From Chrysomallon squamiferum (taxonomy: Eukaryota; Animalia; Mollusca), in NCBI GenBank assembly GCA_012295275.1, contig CM022665.1, positions 6,014,001-6,078,000 of the forward strand: a stretch of DNA of 64,000 nt, read 5' to 3'. The translations under genes were made by a program, and so were the position numbers. The notes under the pieces are model-generated. The model saw only the letters and a list, made by a program, of their open reading frames with translations. It did not search any database and was not told the origin of the DNA. Of the stretch, positions 13,807-28,966 are shown piece after piece. Each line of letters begins with the position of its first letter. The first letter of the stretch is position 1.

Positions 13807-14038
13807 AACGTGTAGAGAAAAAAATAGCTTTTAACGTGGCTCGCTCCGTTAGTAACCTGTATTACACTACACCTCCAGCATCTGAAAGATATAGCAGAAG
13901 ACACGTGAACTTTGCCGGGCAGGTACTGGTGTTACTAATTTCAGAACCTAGGTAAATCAATACATCCAGTCTGCGCATGTGCGTTGCTCATCTTCGTTTC
14001 ATTCTCAAGTCAATTGAAGTCTGCTTTGATCAAACGTG
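13807..14038 (-). promoter_or_regulatory. Putative proximal promoter of the RING gene with E-box/E'-box cluster
   Basis: CACGTG at 13902-13907; AACGTG (=CACGTT) at 13807, 13833 and 14033; NRF1-like tgcgcatgtgcg near 13972; all 400-630 bp upstream of the ATG. Confidence 0.45.
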
Positions 14039-16462
14039 CTTTCATTTATGTTTAACTTTGTCAGTATGTAATTCAGATTTATAGTTTCCTATCAGGATTC
14101 ACAGACAAATAAATACATACGCGTTTCTTTTTTGTCATGTTATTGCAAGCTTTGAATGTGAATAACCGACGTGTTTACAAAAGGACTTGGATAAATGGGT
14201 GTTCATGTAGCTTAAATTATCTTCATTTAAAATATATATATGTGTGTGTGTATGTATGTAATATAATATATATATATAACAATCAGTTAAGTATAATAAA
14301 CAATTTTTATTAATAGCACAACAATAAGATAATAAAGACAAATTAATCAAAACATCAACGCATAAAGATAAAAAGCAAATAGGTGTGATTACGTCTTTAA
14401 TTCGATTCTGCTACAACTGAAATAATTCATTAATATACATATATATATATATACATACATACATACATACAATTTTGTATAAAAATTAGTTTAAAAAACA
14501 GTGTTGATGTTAGTTATTAAAACGTTTATATCCTTTTCCATTTCACACTTAAATATTAAAATATATGTATGTGTCTGTATGTATGTATAATCATTTAAAA
14601 TGAAGAAGCTGAAATGATTTAAATATATTTGCTTGTTGTTGGTCTTTAATTTGTATATTTAATCGCTCTGTAAATTGCTGTGCTGTTTAGTACGTGATAA
14701 ATTACGTTAAGACAATATATTATTCTTAATACATTATACGAATATGAAAATAATTACTAGTAAATATAATTTTAAAATATACCTTATTCTCATTATTTAT
14801 TAGCAATATGTAATTTCAAAAATAAAAATGTGCTGGCCATTAAATCAAAAGGCTTAAGTTATGCAGCACTGTAATACAGTTATTATGGCATAGGTTTAAG
14901 ATTAGTATCAACAAAATAAAAAAAAAGGCAACCGATAATTCTGTTATTAATATACTAATAGCATTAGTAATACAATTTATTATAAGGTCACACTTCGGTA
15001 TATAATGCATGTTTTAATATTATTATTAATGGTTCTGAACAAATTTGCTAACTTTGTAATAACCAAAATAACCTTTTATTTTTTAAAGAAGAGAGGGTCA
15101 GCTCTACAGTCAGAAATTAATTTACTATCTACATATATAAAATAACTGTAATATTTACCTGTTATGCAGTACTGCTCGGAGTTTATTACTAATTCACATT
15201 CTTTCATTACACTATTAATTCCTCAAGGGGGAAAACACATATATTATTTACTTACTAATTATACACCTTCTGTTGCTGAATAACTTTACTCCAGTCAGAT
15301 TAAGATCAGTTCTAAATCAAATATCAAGTACGTACAAATGAAACACACGCAGGCGCAAACGCGCGCGCACCCGCGTCTGCACACATACACGCGCATTCTA
15401 ATACACATGGGTTCCTGCTGCTGAGAAATAATAGGTCTTATCTAAATAATTAATTACCCAATCTCGAAATCTCGACTGTTTGCTCTACCACATTTATTTA
15501 AATGTTCGAAATTTTATTACCAATCTCTAGCTCTTCCATACAGGTTCTGTTAACTGCGCTTGAAGTATTAAGTATATTAACAAAAAGATCATTAGGCATT
15601 TATTTTGTCCCAGTATAATTTGTTGTTAGAATCAGTTCAATCTGTAGTTGATTTTAGCTATCATTTAGTATCAAATGTTCTTTATTCTTCACACACACAC
15701 ACACACACACACACGCGCGCGCATTTCATGTCTTAGACACAAAGTATTTTGCAATTTTTTGCCAAATTACACTGGACTTGTGTGTATGTGTATAATATGT
15801 GTGTTTTTGTACATAATGTATTTTGGAAGAATTTTTTTTTTTTACTTTTAAAAATTTATCAGTGCTCATGTAGAGATGGAACTTTCATTTGTAATGACTG
15901 ACAAAACCATAGCAATAGATTTAGAAAGAAGACATGATAATCTTCACAAATGTACAGCAGACATACACAAACACATAAAAATTACATAAATACGTGAACA
16001 GATCACTGGAATGTTATCTATGTTTCATAAAAGAATTATGGAGTCCAGAGAGAGACAGAGACAAAAAGGGAACTGCTAAAAGTTTAAAATTTATTTCAAG
16101 AAATGCATTATCACAAATATTTCTAAAGTCTCACTAATAAGCATTATAAACAGGACATGAACATGAACTGCAAGATAGCAGCAATACTATTCAAAAATGC
16201 AAAAAAGGATAAGAATATATAAAATAAAAAATAAAATAAAAAAAAGAGTTAAAAGAGAAAACTTTTTTTGTTGTTTTTTAAAATTATTTTTGCCTTTTTA
16301 AATTTTTTTTTTTCAAAATATTGCTGGCATAATAGTTTGGTTCTGTTAATTGTATTCCTCTCACAAAATGTTATCCGTTATTTTTACTGGATTCTAATTA
16401 ATTAACAAATGTTTATTTTGTGAAATATGAAAAAACATTTCTTTCATTCCGATACACTTTCT

Positions 16463-19400
16463 TCACTTGCAGAAATACTGCACTCCATGTCCAACTTTTT
16501 GTTTTTTCCGTGCATTTAAATCCTTAAAAAATTCATGAATGTCCTCTTCTCTGACCACCTACAACAAAAATATTGTAAATTAATTTAAAAAAAAAAAAAT
16601 AAAAAAAAAATCTTGTATTATAAACAAATAATAAAACATTTTCGAGCCTTTTATATTAAACTATTAAGTAAAAGCTTTTCTTAACTGTATTATATTATCT
16701 CACTAAATATAAATAACTTTAGACTACACCTGTTGTTAGCTAAAATAATCTGTCATTGTGTTGTATTAAAAAGGTACATAAACCTAGCTGACCAGAAAAT
16801 TAAGAGAAACAATAATCATTCAACTGAATTTTATTTTCCAAATACAGATACACACAATTTATACTCAAATCATTACCTTTCCATTTTCAGCAAACTTTTT
16901 CAAATAATCTCGAAGTTCTGATTTCAGATCATTGTATCCTGAAAAAGAAAGAAAAAAAAAAAGAAAATAATTTTTATGCTAGATGATGAAAAAAAAAAAA
17001 AAAAAAAAAATTTTTTTTCTTGTTACAACCAACATAGTTTTTATACCAAATACATCAAAGTGAAAAGATCTAGACAACAATATACACTTAGAAGGGTTAA
17101 ATTAGAAAATATGAAATGTTAATTTTTAGGAGGGGTGCACTGTCTTTTTCTTCTTTTAACAAGTTGCAGTTTTCTTCAGCATCAAGGTTCAATTCTGGTG
17201 CTAGTAAAGGCTACATAATAATAAAATTGACTTGCTGAGTATCCTTTCCCCCTGAGAACAGGGCTCAAAGCACTTTTCAGTGAGAGTATGTTAAGAACTC
17301 AAAGACAAAAACTGAATGGATAAAGAATTACATCTAACAGTACTTAGAAAAATTACAAGTTTGGTGATGCCAATGAAAATGGAGCAGAAGCTGAATTTCA
17401 CTGGGATAAGATTTAAGAAGTAACTTTTGAATGCATGTTTCTGAGAATCTGTTTGAATGTGGGACTGGATTTTATGAAGTAAAAATGTCAAACCATAGAG
17501 GACACTGAATAAGGAAATTTGTACTGTGTGACCTATTATGTTATTATTTATTATATGTGTAGCATGTTTAGAACCAAGTCTCCAACATAACAAGCTTAAT
17601 TTTCCCTACTAACACTAATTAAACACCCATCTTCTACCATCATTTCCAATATTGTCTCCACAGCATTGCCATAACCTCAGACAATCAAACAAAAAAGTTA
17701 AATACTAAAGAATAAACAATCACAAATGAGAAGGCTATTTTTAATTTCATGAGGTTCAACTGACATCTTAAGAAAAGAATGATCATTTTTGCTCACAAAC
17801 AATCTTCAAAAAAAAGAAGAAATGAGACAGTTCCATTGCAGAGAATCAGTTTGTCCAGTCACCTTCTGACACCTGAGTGAATCGGCTTCAGGAGATGTCA
17901 CTCTCAGGTCAGGTGAGCGATCGTGTAGTTGGCTTTAAGCTTCAGTTCTATTGTTCTTTTAAAGATGAAATATTTGTCTTTTCAATGTATCTTTTTGAAA
18001 GGGGTCTAATGCTAGGAAATAGTGAATAGACTTTACTGATGTTTATCATCAACAGTTTCTATTGCACTGGTATAGCAGATCTTTTTATATTGGTCAAACA
18101 CATGAAGCTAAGATACTGTCTTGTTTGTGGTTGTTTCTTTGCTGAATGAAAGCTCGTAGAGTTAAGCATGTGAGTGTAAACAATGTTCATGATATATGTT
18201 TGTAGAAACGTCTGAGCTGTCAGCTACACCAAGGGACTTCTGACTGAAATTAAATACTTTTTTCACAATACATTGCAACTTTTGTGCAATAAAAACAAAA
18301 ACAAGTCTTCAAATTTTCCATTTGGACCACAAACAGAGAATAAATCAAGCATTCAAAAGTCAGTAAAAATAGGTCAGAACAGTATGGCAGACCAAAAACA
18401 GAGACACATCTGAGTACCTCTACAACTGTTAATGATCATTTTAAAAATGTTTCATGCTTCAGTTAAACAAATATTAATTCATTAATTTAATATTTCTGAG
18501 ATGAGAGGTCTGAATGAATCACTGAGAAAATGAATATTAAAAATTCCATTACTTATGACAATATTTACCTTGGATTACTTCCACTTGTTGTACATGATTC
18601 ATCTGTGACAATGCTTGTAACTGACTGTTGTCCTGTGAACTCTGCTCTGACTTTGTCCGTCCTCGCTCTTCATATGCATGAACTGTGTCATTGACATCCA
18701 GCAAGAAACTCACTCCTTTTTCTTCATACATAATCTGGAAATGAGTGTAATTTTTCATATCACATCTATCACTTTTCACTCTGTTGAATCACTAATAATA
18801 CAAGATCACTCTGCATAAAGGTATTAAGTTCTGAATTTGTTTTGTAACAAACATTATCATTTCAAACATAAATACTGTGGATTCAAAATACAGATTCCTA
18901 AATACACTGTATCAGAAATGTAAACTGACAGTAAAGCTTGTAAAAGTCTTATGTCTTATACTAACAAAACCCAAATTTATATATAACATTACTTAGATAT
19001 CAATTGTGCTTATTTTACATGAAAAGCAAGTATTAAAAAAGACATATATCTGTGCTCAGCAACCTGGGCACTAGTGACCACCAGTGACTTGACAACCATA
19101 ACAAAATTTTCTCCAAATGGTTTGGCACTTTCTAAAAAACATCAAACTCAGGGAATACAACAAGTAATATCATAGGTGTGTGCTTAGTTTTTTCGGTTAT
19201 AATTCACAAATAAATGGATATCTGTAGAAAGAAAACAGTTCTGTTTCTCTTGCATCTTCATTCTCAATTTGAACAGTTAAAACTTCAGTGAATAATTTAA
19301 TATATCATTCGTGATTATTCTGTTAATTCTAAAAGTATTGTAAGTTTGGTGGATTTTTCAACTTTACAATGTTTGAAAATGGGATGCATGAAAAAAAATG

Positions 19401-22400
19401 AGGTCACCACACACTGATATATATATATACATAAAAAGAAGAAAATAACAAATAACTTACTCTACACTCTGGACATCTGCACAACTTTGTTCTGAATCCA
19501 CGAGGCCAAAATACATTAGAATCTGGAACAGTTACTTCCCTTTTCTGTAGTTCTTTAAGTTTACAAACTAAAGTATTTTCTGCAGCAGATGTTGTTTCCT
19601 CAGTTATCTAAATTACAATCACATCATTTATGGTTTTTAGAAGAAATGTATATAAAAAATATATTAACCAGCTTCTTTTTTCACTGAGCATTGGAATTAA
19701 GAAACATAACAAACAAAAATTCACATCATGCCGCATTTTCACTTCAGAAATATAAAAATATATGCATCATTAATGATGAAATTACTGTTTTACAAAGCTG
19801 TTATAATACTGAATATTTTGAAACAGACACCAGACATTAGCACAAATGTTTCTGAATTTCCACTGTGATAACAAATAAGTGTGTCATGTTTTCAAAAATT
19901 AAGTCTGAAGTTGGCAAAACACATTGTGAGTACATGCCATTTTTTTGTGAAAAAAAAATGGCAAAGATCAATTTTAAGATTTTCCCTGTAAGCAATTCTT
20001 TGTTATGCTTTTATCTATTTTCACTGTTGTTAGTGTCTAAATAATATTTTTTCCTCGATTATTAAGTGACTTCTTTAAAGGGATGAAAATTCATTTGCTA
20101 ACCTGCCTTAAATACATGCTGAAAATGGCTGATTGCCATGCATTTTGTTTCAGTAATTTTGAAACAATCCCTGACAAACTAGCATCACTGGACAGCTTGA
20201 AGTGTCATTTTTCCACATATGGGCATGAAAATGTTAACCTATTAATATCTGTGCTTTTCAACCTCTTAGACTGTTTAGACCCCCTGTGAGGTTCAGCTGT
20301 ATAAACTACTTTGATCACATAACAACATGGTCATTCCCCTTGCTGTTAATTTAATTTAATAAACCTATAAATAAATACATACACATCACATAGCAGCTGA
20401 CTTAGATAAAAGAAAAAGAAACAATAGCATTCATGTTGCCAGAATGCTGAACATGATGTTTACAGTTCGATAGTTTGACTGAAGAATAATTTTTTGGAGG
20501 ATTTGACAGTGAGACCTAGGAGGACAAGACAATTAAATAAAATATGAGACAGACAAAAATGACCATTTCGATTTAGGGAAAATGACTTCCAATTTACTAA
20601 GGACGCTAAAGAAGAATACACCTGTTACAGCATTGGGGCTGGGTAGGGATCTTCCTTATCATCTGTACCATGTCAGTGTAAAAGTCTTAAGTAAAAATAT
20701 ATCAGTTATTTAAAATAATAGTTAGTTTTCATTACTGTTTAGAAGTGAAAGCAATACTTGTTACTGTTACTGTTCAGTGATCAAACAGTGATTCCTGACC
20801 TCAAAAATTTTCATACTTACATAAGTAGATATTGTTGTGCAAAGGAATGATATTTTCTTTTTTTCCTGTTCTTAGCAAAATTAATTAATTTTATTTCTGA
20901 ATTGTCCAAATTTAGTCCATCTGAGCCTTTGTAACCAAACATGGCAATTACATAAACAATTATTTTTCAACATAAAAATACTCAGAAATTATTATCTTTA
21001 AGCTGTTAGATCAACCCATTTAATTTTCTCTATCTGAGTAACGTATTTTTCCTTTTTAGTAACAGTGATGGAAATTACACAGGGATAATTAATTATTTTA
21101 TGATAAATTATTTCTAACAAGAATGTTATTTAAATATTAATACAGTATCAAGAAAAAGGCATTGACTGGTCTAAGTCTGGTGTCATGTAAACTAAAGAAT
21201 AATGGTAGTGCAGGTTCTTGATTTTTCTTAATGATGGTAGGAACCATAAAATAATTAAACAATCTGCTTTTTTTTTTTTTTTTTTTTTAAATAAAGATCT
21301 TGTATTCATATTAGCAGAATGTTGTAACAATGTTTGATATCTTTGAACCTGAGCAGCCAAAACACTGACTATGAACTAAAGGCACATATTATACCTACAG
21401 TTTCCCCAAGACCAAAAAAGAAGGATTAAAAAAAAAAAAAAAATGTTTCATATAACCTTTCTTCAAAAGGACAGAAATGACAAGGTCTTGTATGTTATAC
21501 ATTTTGATCTGGAAGTTTACAAAGTTTCAAGAAGTTTGGAAAAATCTGCAGATGGCAAAATTAAATGGTTGGTTGTTTACTGAGGACTCATCAACTCATT
21601 ATATCCTGTAAATAAATGCATTCATCTGTTGAGAAAATTGGTAAAATAGGTGAAATCAGTAGACAGCACTAAAGATATAGTGCAGTTAGTTAAAATCATG
21701 GAAATTGATATCTATAGCAAAGGTAATCTTTGGCCTAGGCTACATACACAACAGGACATATCACAATCATGACAATGTCAGTGTAAATCAGTGTATTCTG
21801 GATTATATCTGCAGGCTAAACAAACAGAAGTAACACAAGACTTGGAATAGATTCAGACAATACTGCAATAATTATTGGCATGTTTTACTGAAAATTTAGG
21901 AAATGAAGGTAGACATTCTCTGAATTTTGGGCACAAGTGCGACCACAAGAAGGGGCAGGGTGGGCCACCCTCCTATTCCTGCACAGGGGAAACACTACAC
22001 CCAAATTAGAAAAATACTTGCCTGAACAGATGAATCAGCCAAGTTTTTCTGTTTAAACTATGCTATTGTCTAGAAACAAAGCAGCCCATTAGTAATCTCA
22101 TACTGTCTTAGACACATGTGCTCAGGCATAAGCTCCCAAATCAGTTCTCATTTATGTTCAATCTACTAAAGCAGTGATGAAGAGATTCCAGACTTTGGAT
22201 CAAGTTTTTTAGGATGATGAAACTAGAGATGATTATGTACATGGGAGTGACTTTGAATCAGAAAACGATTGCTCAGGAAATAAGTAATGATACAGACGAT
22301 GTGTTATAAATACTAAGATAAATGTTTTACAAAGTGAAACATAACCTATGGAAGAACTTTACATTTTTGTAACAGGAACCCAGGATGGGAGAACACCCTT

Positions 22401-25400
22401 CCTTAAAGATCTTTGGGTTCAAGGGGTTAAATTGGTCAGATTTGAACAAGCGATTCATTTTGTGAGAACATGTCACAAATATATGTTATTATCCACTTAC
22501 AGTTATTTAAATTGGAACAATTTCCTAAATCCTAACAATATTGATTTTTGGTAATTTTCACAAATTCTAATTGCTAGGACAGTACTATGATTAAAACTTA
22601 AACAGGCAAGTTGTACCTTAGTATCTTCATTATCAACAATCTTCTCAGATGACATATCAGTTGTGCTGACATCTGGGGTCTCCTCTACATCCAGAATGCT
22701 TTCATGACTGCTCTCATTCTGTATAACAACCTCTGAAAATACAAAGTTTACTTTTAAAACTAAGTAAATTTTCTTGTTAATTAAATTTAACTGAATGTCA
22801 AAAATTTCAAAAGATAGTTATATTCTTTTTTTTTTTTTTTTTTTTTTATGGCTTTAAAATATTTACTGATTGCTCTTCTTAAATCAAAAAAAATAATAAT
22901 AATAATAAATACACAAATGTATATATAAAAAAAAAGGATAAAATAATTTAGTTTTTGAAAATATTTACCTTCTGAAATAAACATAGTACACTTCAAATTC
23001 ATAAAGATACACACATACATTAAATATACACTCAAATAAAAAATGAATTATAATATAAAGAAAAATAAGTAAAATAAAATTAAAAAGGTAAACCTTCTGA
23101 TAGAGTTGAATATGCCATTAAGAAATCAAACTTCTTTACGCATGCAGAACACACCAATTCATCAAAATCCAAATTGTCAGGAGGTGGAGATTCCAGATGC
23201 TGTGAATACAAAATAGTATTCTGTTTAATCAAAACTAAGTAATTTAAACACAACTTTATATAAATTATAAAACAAGACATAAATACTATAAAAACATTGC
23301 TTAACCACCTTAGGTGTTACCCACTGGTTTATTTCCTCATTTCAGTGCTTGTCTAGAATGGTTTATAAATATAGCATCTAGTTACATAATAACAATATTC
23401 ATTTATTTATTAATGTTTTTCTTTTTCAATCTCCGACGTAATACAAATCATAAGAATGAAAACCTTTGAAGATGCTTGTATAATGAATTAAACTGTTTGT
23501 GTAAATGTACTTAAACAACAGCACTCAGTTAACCATACAATAAATCACTCTACTTTGTTATTAGATCTGGACAAACACATGTAATCTGGTTTGTCTACAT
23601 TAGCAGTATCTCTCAAACTGAAATCACATGCATTCAAAGAAAACACCTGAAAACTTACCAAGCCATGATACCAGTCTTCACATATAATACACTGGATCAT
23701 CTCATCTTCTACCTGGAATTACATTTAATGAAACATCAACATCACCAATAGTTTAATGAAATCTGACAAAAGTAAAAGACCAAAAATTAGTAAGATAATT
23801 TAAAAAAAAAAAAATAATAATAATAATAATTTTTATTTGTATTTGTTACATGTTTATCAAGTGTGTGACAGTAGGTATGTGTTAGGGTGGTCTTATAGAC
23901 ATTACATGCTATTAAGAGTGACTTGACAGTATACTGTTACTTACGTCATTCTCTGGATCAGGGTATGGTCTGTGACAAGTACAGTATAAACCTCTGAAAT
24001 TCTGGTTGTATACATTTTCTGCGTTAATTTCATCTTTGAACTAAATAAAATTAAAATTAATGTTATTTTTTTTTACAGAAAATGGATATAACAGAAACTG
24101 AAAATGGAAAAAAATCAAATCAAATATTAAATTTTTTTTTAAGTTGCTTTGATATATGAAATGAATAATGCTATTTTGTTTTTAAAACATAAAGGTTTAA
24201 TTATCCAACAAAAGTGAAAATACATTAACACAGAAACATTACAATGCAAAGGAGGTTATTCATAAAATCAGTTTTATACAAAATTGTTGAGTCTTTCAGT
24301 AGTTTTTAAGTCAACGTATACCTATTTATAAATAAACATTCATATAGATACATTAGATATTATGAAACTGAACTGAATGCCTGAAAATTAACAGTAGAAA
24401 AATTATTTGCATTAGATCCAAAATACATACCTCATAGAGTTTACAGCTAAATCCAGGAAATTTACTGTTTCCACAATCACATCTGAAGTTTCTGTTAAGT
24501 AAAAATAGCATTTTGAAAGTATGGTATAATGGTATTACTATGATACATTTATATGTGATATTAGCCTAAACTATCAATAATAGAAATATTTTCTCTAGTC
24601 ATAATTTACAGACTCACTGATGTGCGGTTTAAAACCTGGAAGTTAATGTTTTAAACATCTAGGTATTAGGTAATGAAGGCGATTTTGACAAGAGAGGAAA
24701 AACATCTATCCTTATAAGCACAACAAAACATAAAAGCTGATTAAGAAACATGCAGTAAAATAAATCACCTTAAATATGGATGTTGTTTTTCAATTTATGA
24801 GGAAGAAGACTGAATAGGAGAATCACTACTAAGGTTTGAGTTATATATTTATTTATAACAACTATTACCTTTTCGTGTAAAGTTCTAGCAGATTATGGCC
24901 TTCATGACACTCATAACTGCATGCTAAACAAATGCCAGCTAACCCAGTCTCCTCTGATGAACATGTCTGGCATGCATACAAGGCTTGTCGGTTAACATAA
25001 CCCTGGAAAATAAAAATAATAATAATAATAATATATATATATATATATGTACACACATCAAATATATATAAAATTAATGAGTGTGTGTATTACCCAAATC
25101 TGTATCTATCTCTCTACATATATATTGTAGATAAATGCACGTTACACCCATGTTTCATTATTAACATCTTTATTTGTTTGTGAAACAACTTTCATTTACT
25201 GAATATTCAGATATGTATTGGATTTATACTAATACTGACTATATTTTGAGAATGTTGGCAGTTCTGATTAATGACAAAACAAACTCTTTTTTTTTTGCAG
25301 GGGGATGGGGTTTAAAGTTAGGACAATTTTGTAGTTTTTATATTTTTCAGGTGGGAAAGAAAGAGATGAAAACCAAAAAACAAATATAAAAAACGGTATT

Positions 25401-28400
25401 GAACCTAACCAATAATGCAAACTTGACCTCTAACCTTAATACAAAATATACACATGTACCCTAAATATAACCTATTTTATATTCTATAACTGAACTTCAA
25501 CGTATAATGAATACACAAATCCTTATCAGAAAGACAAAATCTTGGTCCTAAATGTAATAACTCAACCCTGTTATTTTAATATACAAGTATATACCATCTT
25601 TAAACAGGTATCAAGTCAATGCAGGATGCACAGACGTCAACAGTTAAAGCAGCAGTTGTTTTCATACAAACTGAATAATCTGTAATCATAACAATCACTG
25701 AAGAGACTTCAAAATGTCTAAATATACTATCTTTTGAGGACACTTAAAGCTAGGGTAGTTACCAAGAATCAATATTACAAAATAATATGTTATTATATAT
25801 ATATATATATATATTAATAGTTATATTGAGTTTGCACTAAATACATGTTATACAATCTATATTTTGACCAACCTGTACATTTAAACATTAAACTATGAAC
25901 AGATAAAGGAATAAATGAGGGAGTCTGAGCTGTAAAATAATTTCTTATATGCAGGTATCTCAATAGCCAATGTTTTTGTTATGGGAGATTAGTGGAAATT
26001 TATAAATAAAATTTGTTTTCACATATACTGCTGTATCTTGTATTTATTCCATTTTCCATCCTTCCAAACTAATGTTATCCTTTTTAAACATTATGAATGT
26101 ACATATTTTTTGCTGAATCCCTGTATTTCCTGTATATATCAAATTTCTTGGATGCTTTTTCTGTCCAAGTTTTCTTGCTAAGGCAGGTATTTTCAGTTAT
26201 ATTGCTGTCCACTGGTCAATAAAATGAGTTTGGCTGTTGGTTCCTTGTGCTTGTACTTCAAAGAATTCATGAATACCTGTCCTCTAACTTTCAGTCTTTG
26301 AATTCCAAGTCATTTTTGCCATCTGGTACAACTGCATTGATTTGTCCTGTTCACAGTTCCCTTCCCCATAAAGTATGTATTGTATGTCCTTGTGTTGAAT
26401 TCAAGTCACACTATCCCTTTCAGTCTGTTAATAAGATCATTAATTTGTGGTTTCTGTTTCATTTTTAGTTTCAATATGTTGTTCACAGACCAGCAATTAT
26501 TATTTGTCCATTTCCTTTTGTGGCCTGAAGATGTTATCTCGTAGCACTTGAATCAACTTGCTAGTGAAGTATCTAGTCAATTCTAGCAAGTGAGCATAAC
26601 AATCCACATTTTTTTAGCAACGGTGAAGGACTCATCTGCATATATCATTATCATGGATCTCTTCAAACCCTTGTTTCTGGTTTCTTTTGGTGTGTTATCT
26701 TCTAAATGTCTTCTGCATTAGTGCAGGGCTAAGGTCAGGTGAATGCTTTAATTACAGCCTTCTTGTTATCTGATCCAGTAAGTTGGTAACAGCCAACTTT
26801 ATCACTGCTGCTGATGTTATGTGCATGAGAAATCGGCCACAAGTGTGGAAACCTGCATACAAGTGAAGGAAAGTTAATGCCAATAATGGTCCACTGTTGA
26901 AATAATGTCATACAGATGTGTTGAAGATGCTTGTTCTGTTCCTTTCTATCTACAATAAATAGGTATGAGCAAATAAACCATTTTGCTCTTGCAAGATTTC
27001 TGCATGATCCTTGCTGGGTGGTTGCAGAGTGCACAGCATCAGCAAAGTGCGATCTTCACAAATATGCATCTGTTGGTCCATTTGAAAAATCTTTTTAAAG
27101 AAACTTAGTTTGATGACAGAGTATACATATCTTGCTACAACCTTGCTTTTGATTTTTTAATATTGATCAAGGAGTAGTTTATCAAATTTTTGATGAAAAA
27201 TCTTTCTGAAAAGCTCAACAAAGTCATCGATCATTAGAAAAATCTTGGGTAAGTCCTTCAGTCAAAATATGTTCTCCTTATAGATCTGCTATTAACTACT
27301 ACTGTGGTTACTTTCAAAATATTTTATGTTGCAAGTGATGATTCTATGGTTGCAAAAACCTGCATATGCAATGTGGATACACAACCAGCGCTTCATAAGA
27401 TCAATAATGACAAGGCAGTTCAGGTCAACAATGTTTTCTGACTGACTCAGACCGATGTTGACAAACTTTGGTATGTGGTACATTTCAGCAAATTAGCTGA
27501 GTTCATTAATTAATTAAAATTTATGAGAATTAGCAACTTGCTTAAAAATACAGCACAGGTTTAGAACTTATAAAAAGCTTTATTTTGATATATAATACAT
27601 GTGAAGTGGATTGAAGCTGTACGAAATATTCAGCTGCAAAATGAGAGAAACGGATAAGAATTTCTCAGTAGATTATGAAGGAAAAATCCCTGGAAATTTT
27701 ATTCTGATAAAAATTCATAACTTTTTTCATATGAATGCTATCAAAGAGATCATAGTGTCATTTTAATGTGCATTTTTTCTCTTTCTAAAGATGCATAATG
27801 TTTCAGGAAAATATTTTGTAAATTTTGTCACATACCTACAATAAATGAAGGCATATGCCTATTTGTATGTATGTTTGACATACATAAACACACAATTTGT
27901 TGGTATATAAACTGTCGGATAACTCATCTGAGACTGAATCATTCAAAGACACTGATACTTACATATCAGATATAAAACTACATCTATTTTATTAAAGAGC
28001 AATAAAATTGAGTATAAACATTACTTCATCTTGTCAGTCATTTTGAACAACTTGTCGGCTCTTATTGGTTATTTGTGAGACCCATTCATTGTAATTTTTA
28101 AATAATTTTATTCGTAGGCCTGTTTCCTACGATTAAATGAAATTCACGTCAGACAATAATGAAAGAAAATTAAAATAAACTGAAACTGTATGATGTTTAT
28201 CGTTTTCTAAAGAAAAGCTGTAAGAATCATTATATTTAGAATCAATAATGGATTAACATTAACGTTGTAACTACCCGAGAATATGTGCAGTTTTTATCAT
28301 CACTATCTCCTAAAACAGCATGCGCATCAGCTTCCAAACGTTCTTCTTCTTCGATGATGTCAACCATCGACACACCAAGATCTTCTTCACTAGCGTTTCC

Positions 28401-28424
28401 GTTCAAAATGGTGTTATCAGACAT
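16463..28424 (-). CDS. UBR7: Putative E3 ubiquitin-protein ligase UBR7 (UBR-box + PHD), 11 coding exons, 395 aa
   Basis: Exons 28424-28275, 25002-24869, 24491-24431, 24040-23945, 23712-23659, 23199-23094, 22732-22617, 19607-19461, 18734-18569, 16938-16877 and 16558-16463 are all GT-AG and phase-compatible. Motifs: CTYSRGYVNRQALYAC, CLACSYECH..LELYTKRNFRCDCGN, YNQNFRGLYCTCHRPYPD, MIQCIICEDWYH, YNDLKSELRDYLKKFAENGKVVREEDI. Confidence 0.96.
21540..22430 (+). mobile_element. Degenerate piggyBac-like transposase remnant in UBR7 intron
   Basis: Frameshifted fragments resembling piggyBac core motifs (KW..DSSTHYIL, GLG, GH-IT..DN), an acidic stretch near 22210-22300, and a terminal-like ...AAGGGGTTAA at 22421-22430. 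Confidence 0.35.
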
Positions 28425-28440
28425 TTTCTTAACCGACCGT

Positions 28441-28498
28441 TTACCCGCGACTTCAGATTTCCGCACGCGCTAACGTTCACGGGATTGACGCGGGAAAA
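28441..28498 (-). promoter_or_regulatory. CpG-rich UBR7 proximal promoter with E2F site
   Basis: TTTTCCCGCG on the minus strand (28498-28489) ~65 bp upstream of the ATG; second E2F-like ttacccgcg at 28441; local CpG enrichment. Confidence 0.5.
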
Positions 28499-28631
28499 TT
28501 AAAATATTGTTTGGAAGGGATGGAAACGAAAAGACCTACCAATACCGTGGTCATACTGCGAAAACTATCACTTTAGGGACAATTTTCAGATTTGAGTCGT
28601 ACATTCCTTCAGTTTTTGAAATATGCATTAG

Positions 28632-28702
<71 letters not shown>

Positions 28703-28868
28703 TCTGACACTGAAAATAAAATAAGACTTATGACAAACATCCATTAATATTACAGCTGTAGTAATTTATTATTGTTGTTGTTAAATTTAAAATAAATTTT
28801 ATTTTCTTCCTCTTATTATTTAATAATAATAATAATTACAACAACAACAAAAATATTATTATTATTAT

Positions 28869-28913
<45 letters not shown>

Positions 28914-28966
28914 TAGTAGTAGTACCAGTAGTAGTATTAGTAGTAGTATTTTAAAGTAACCCCAGT

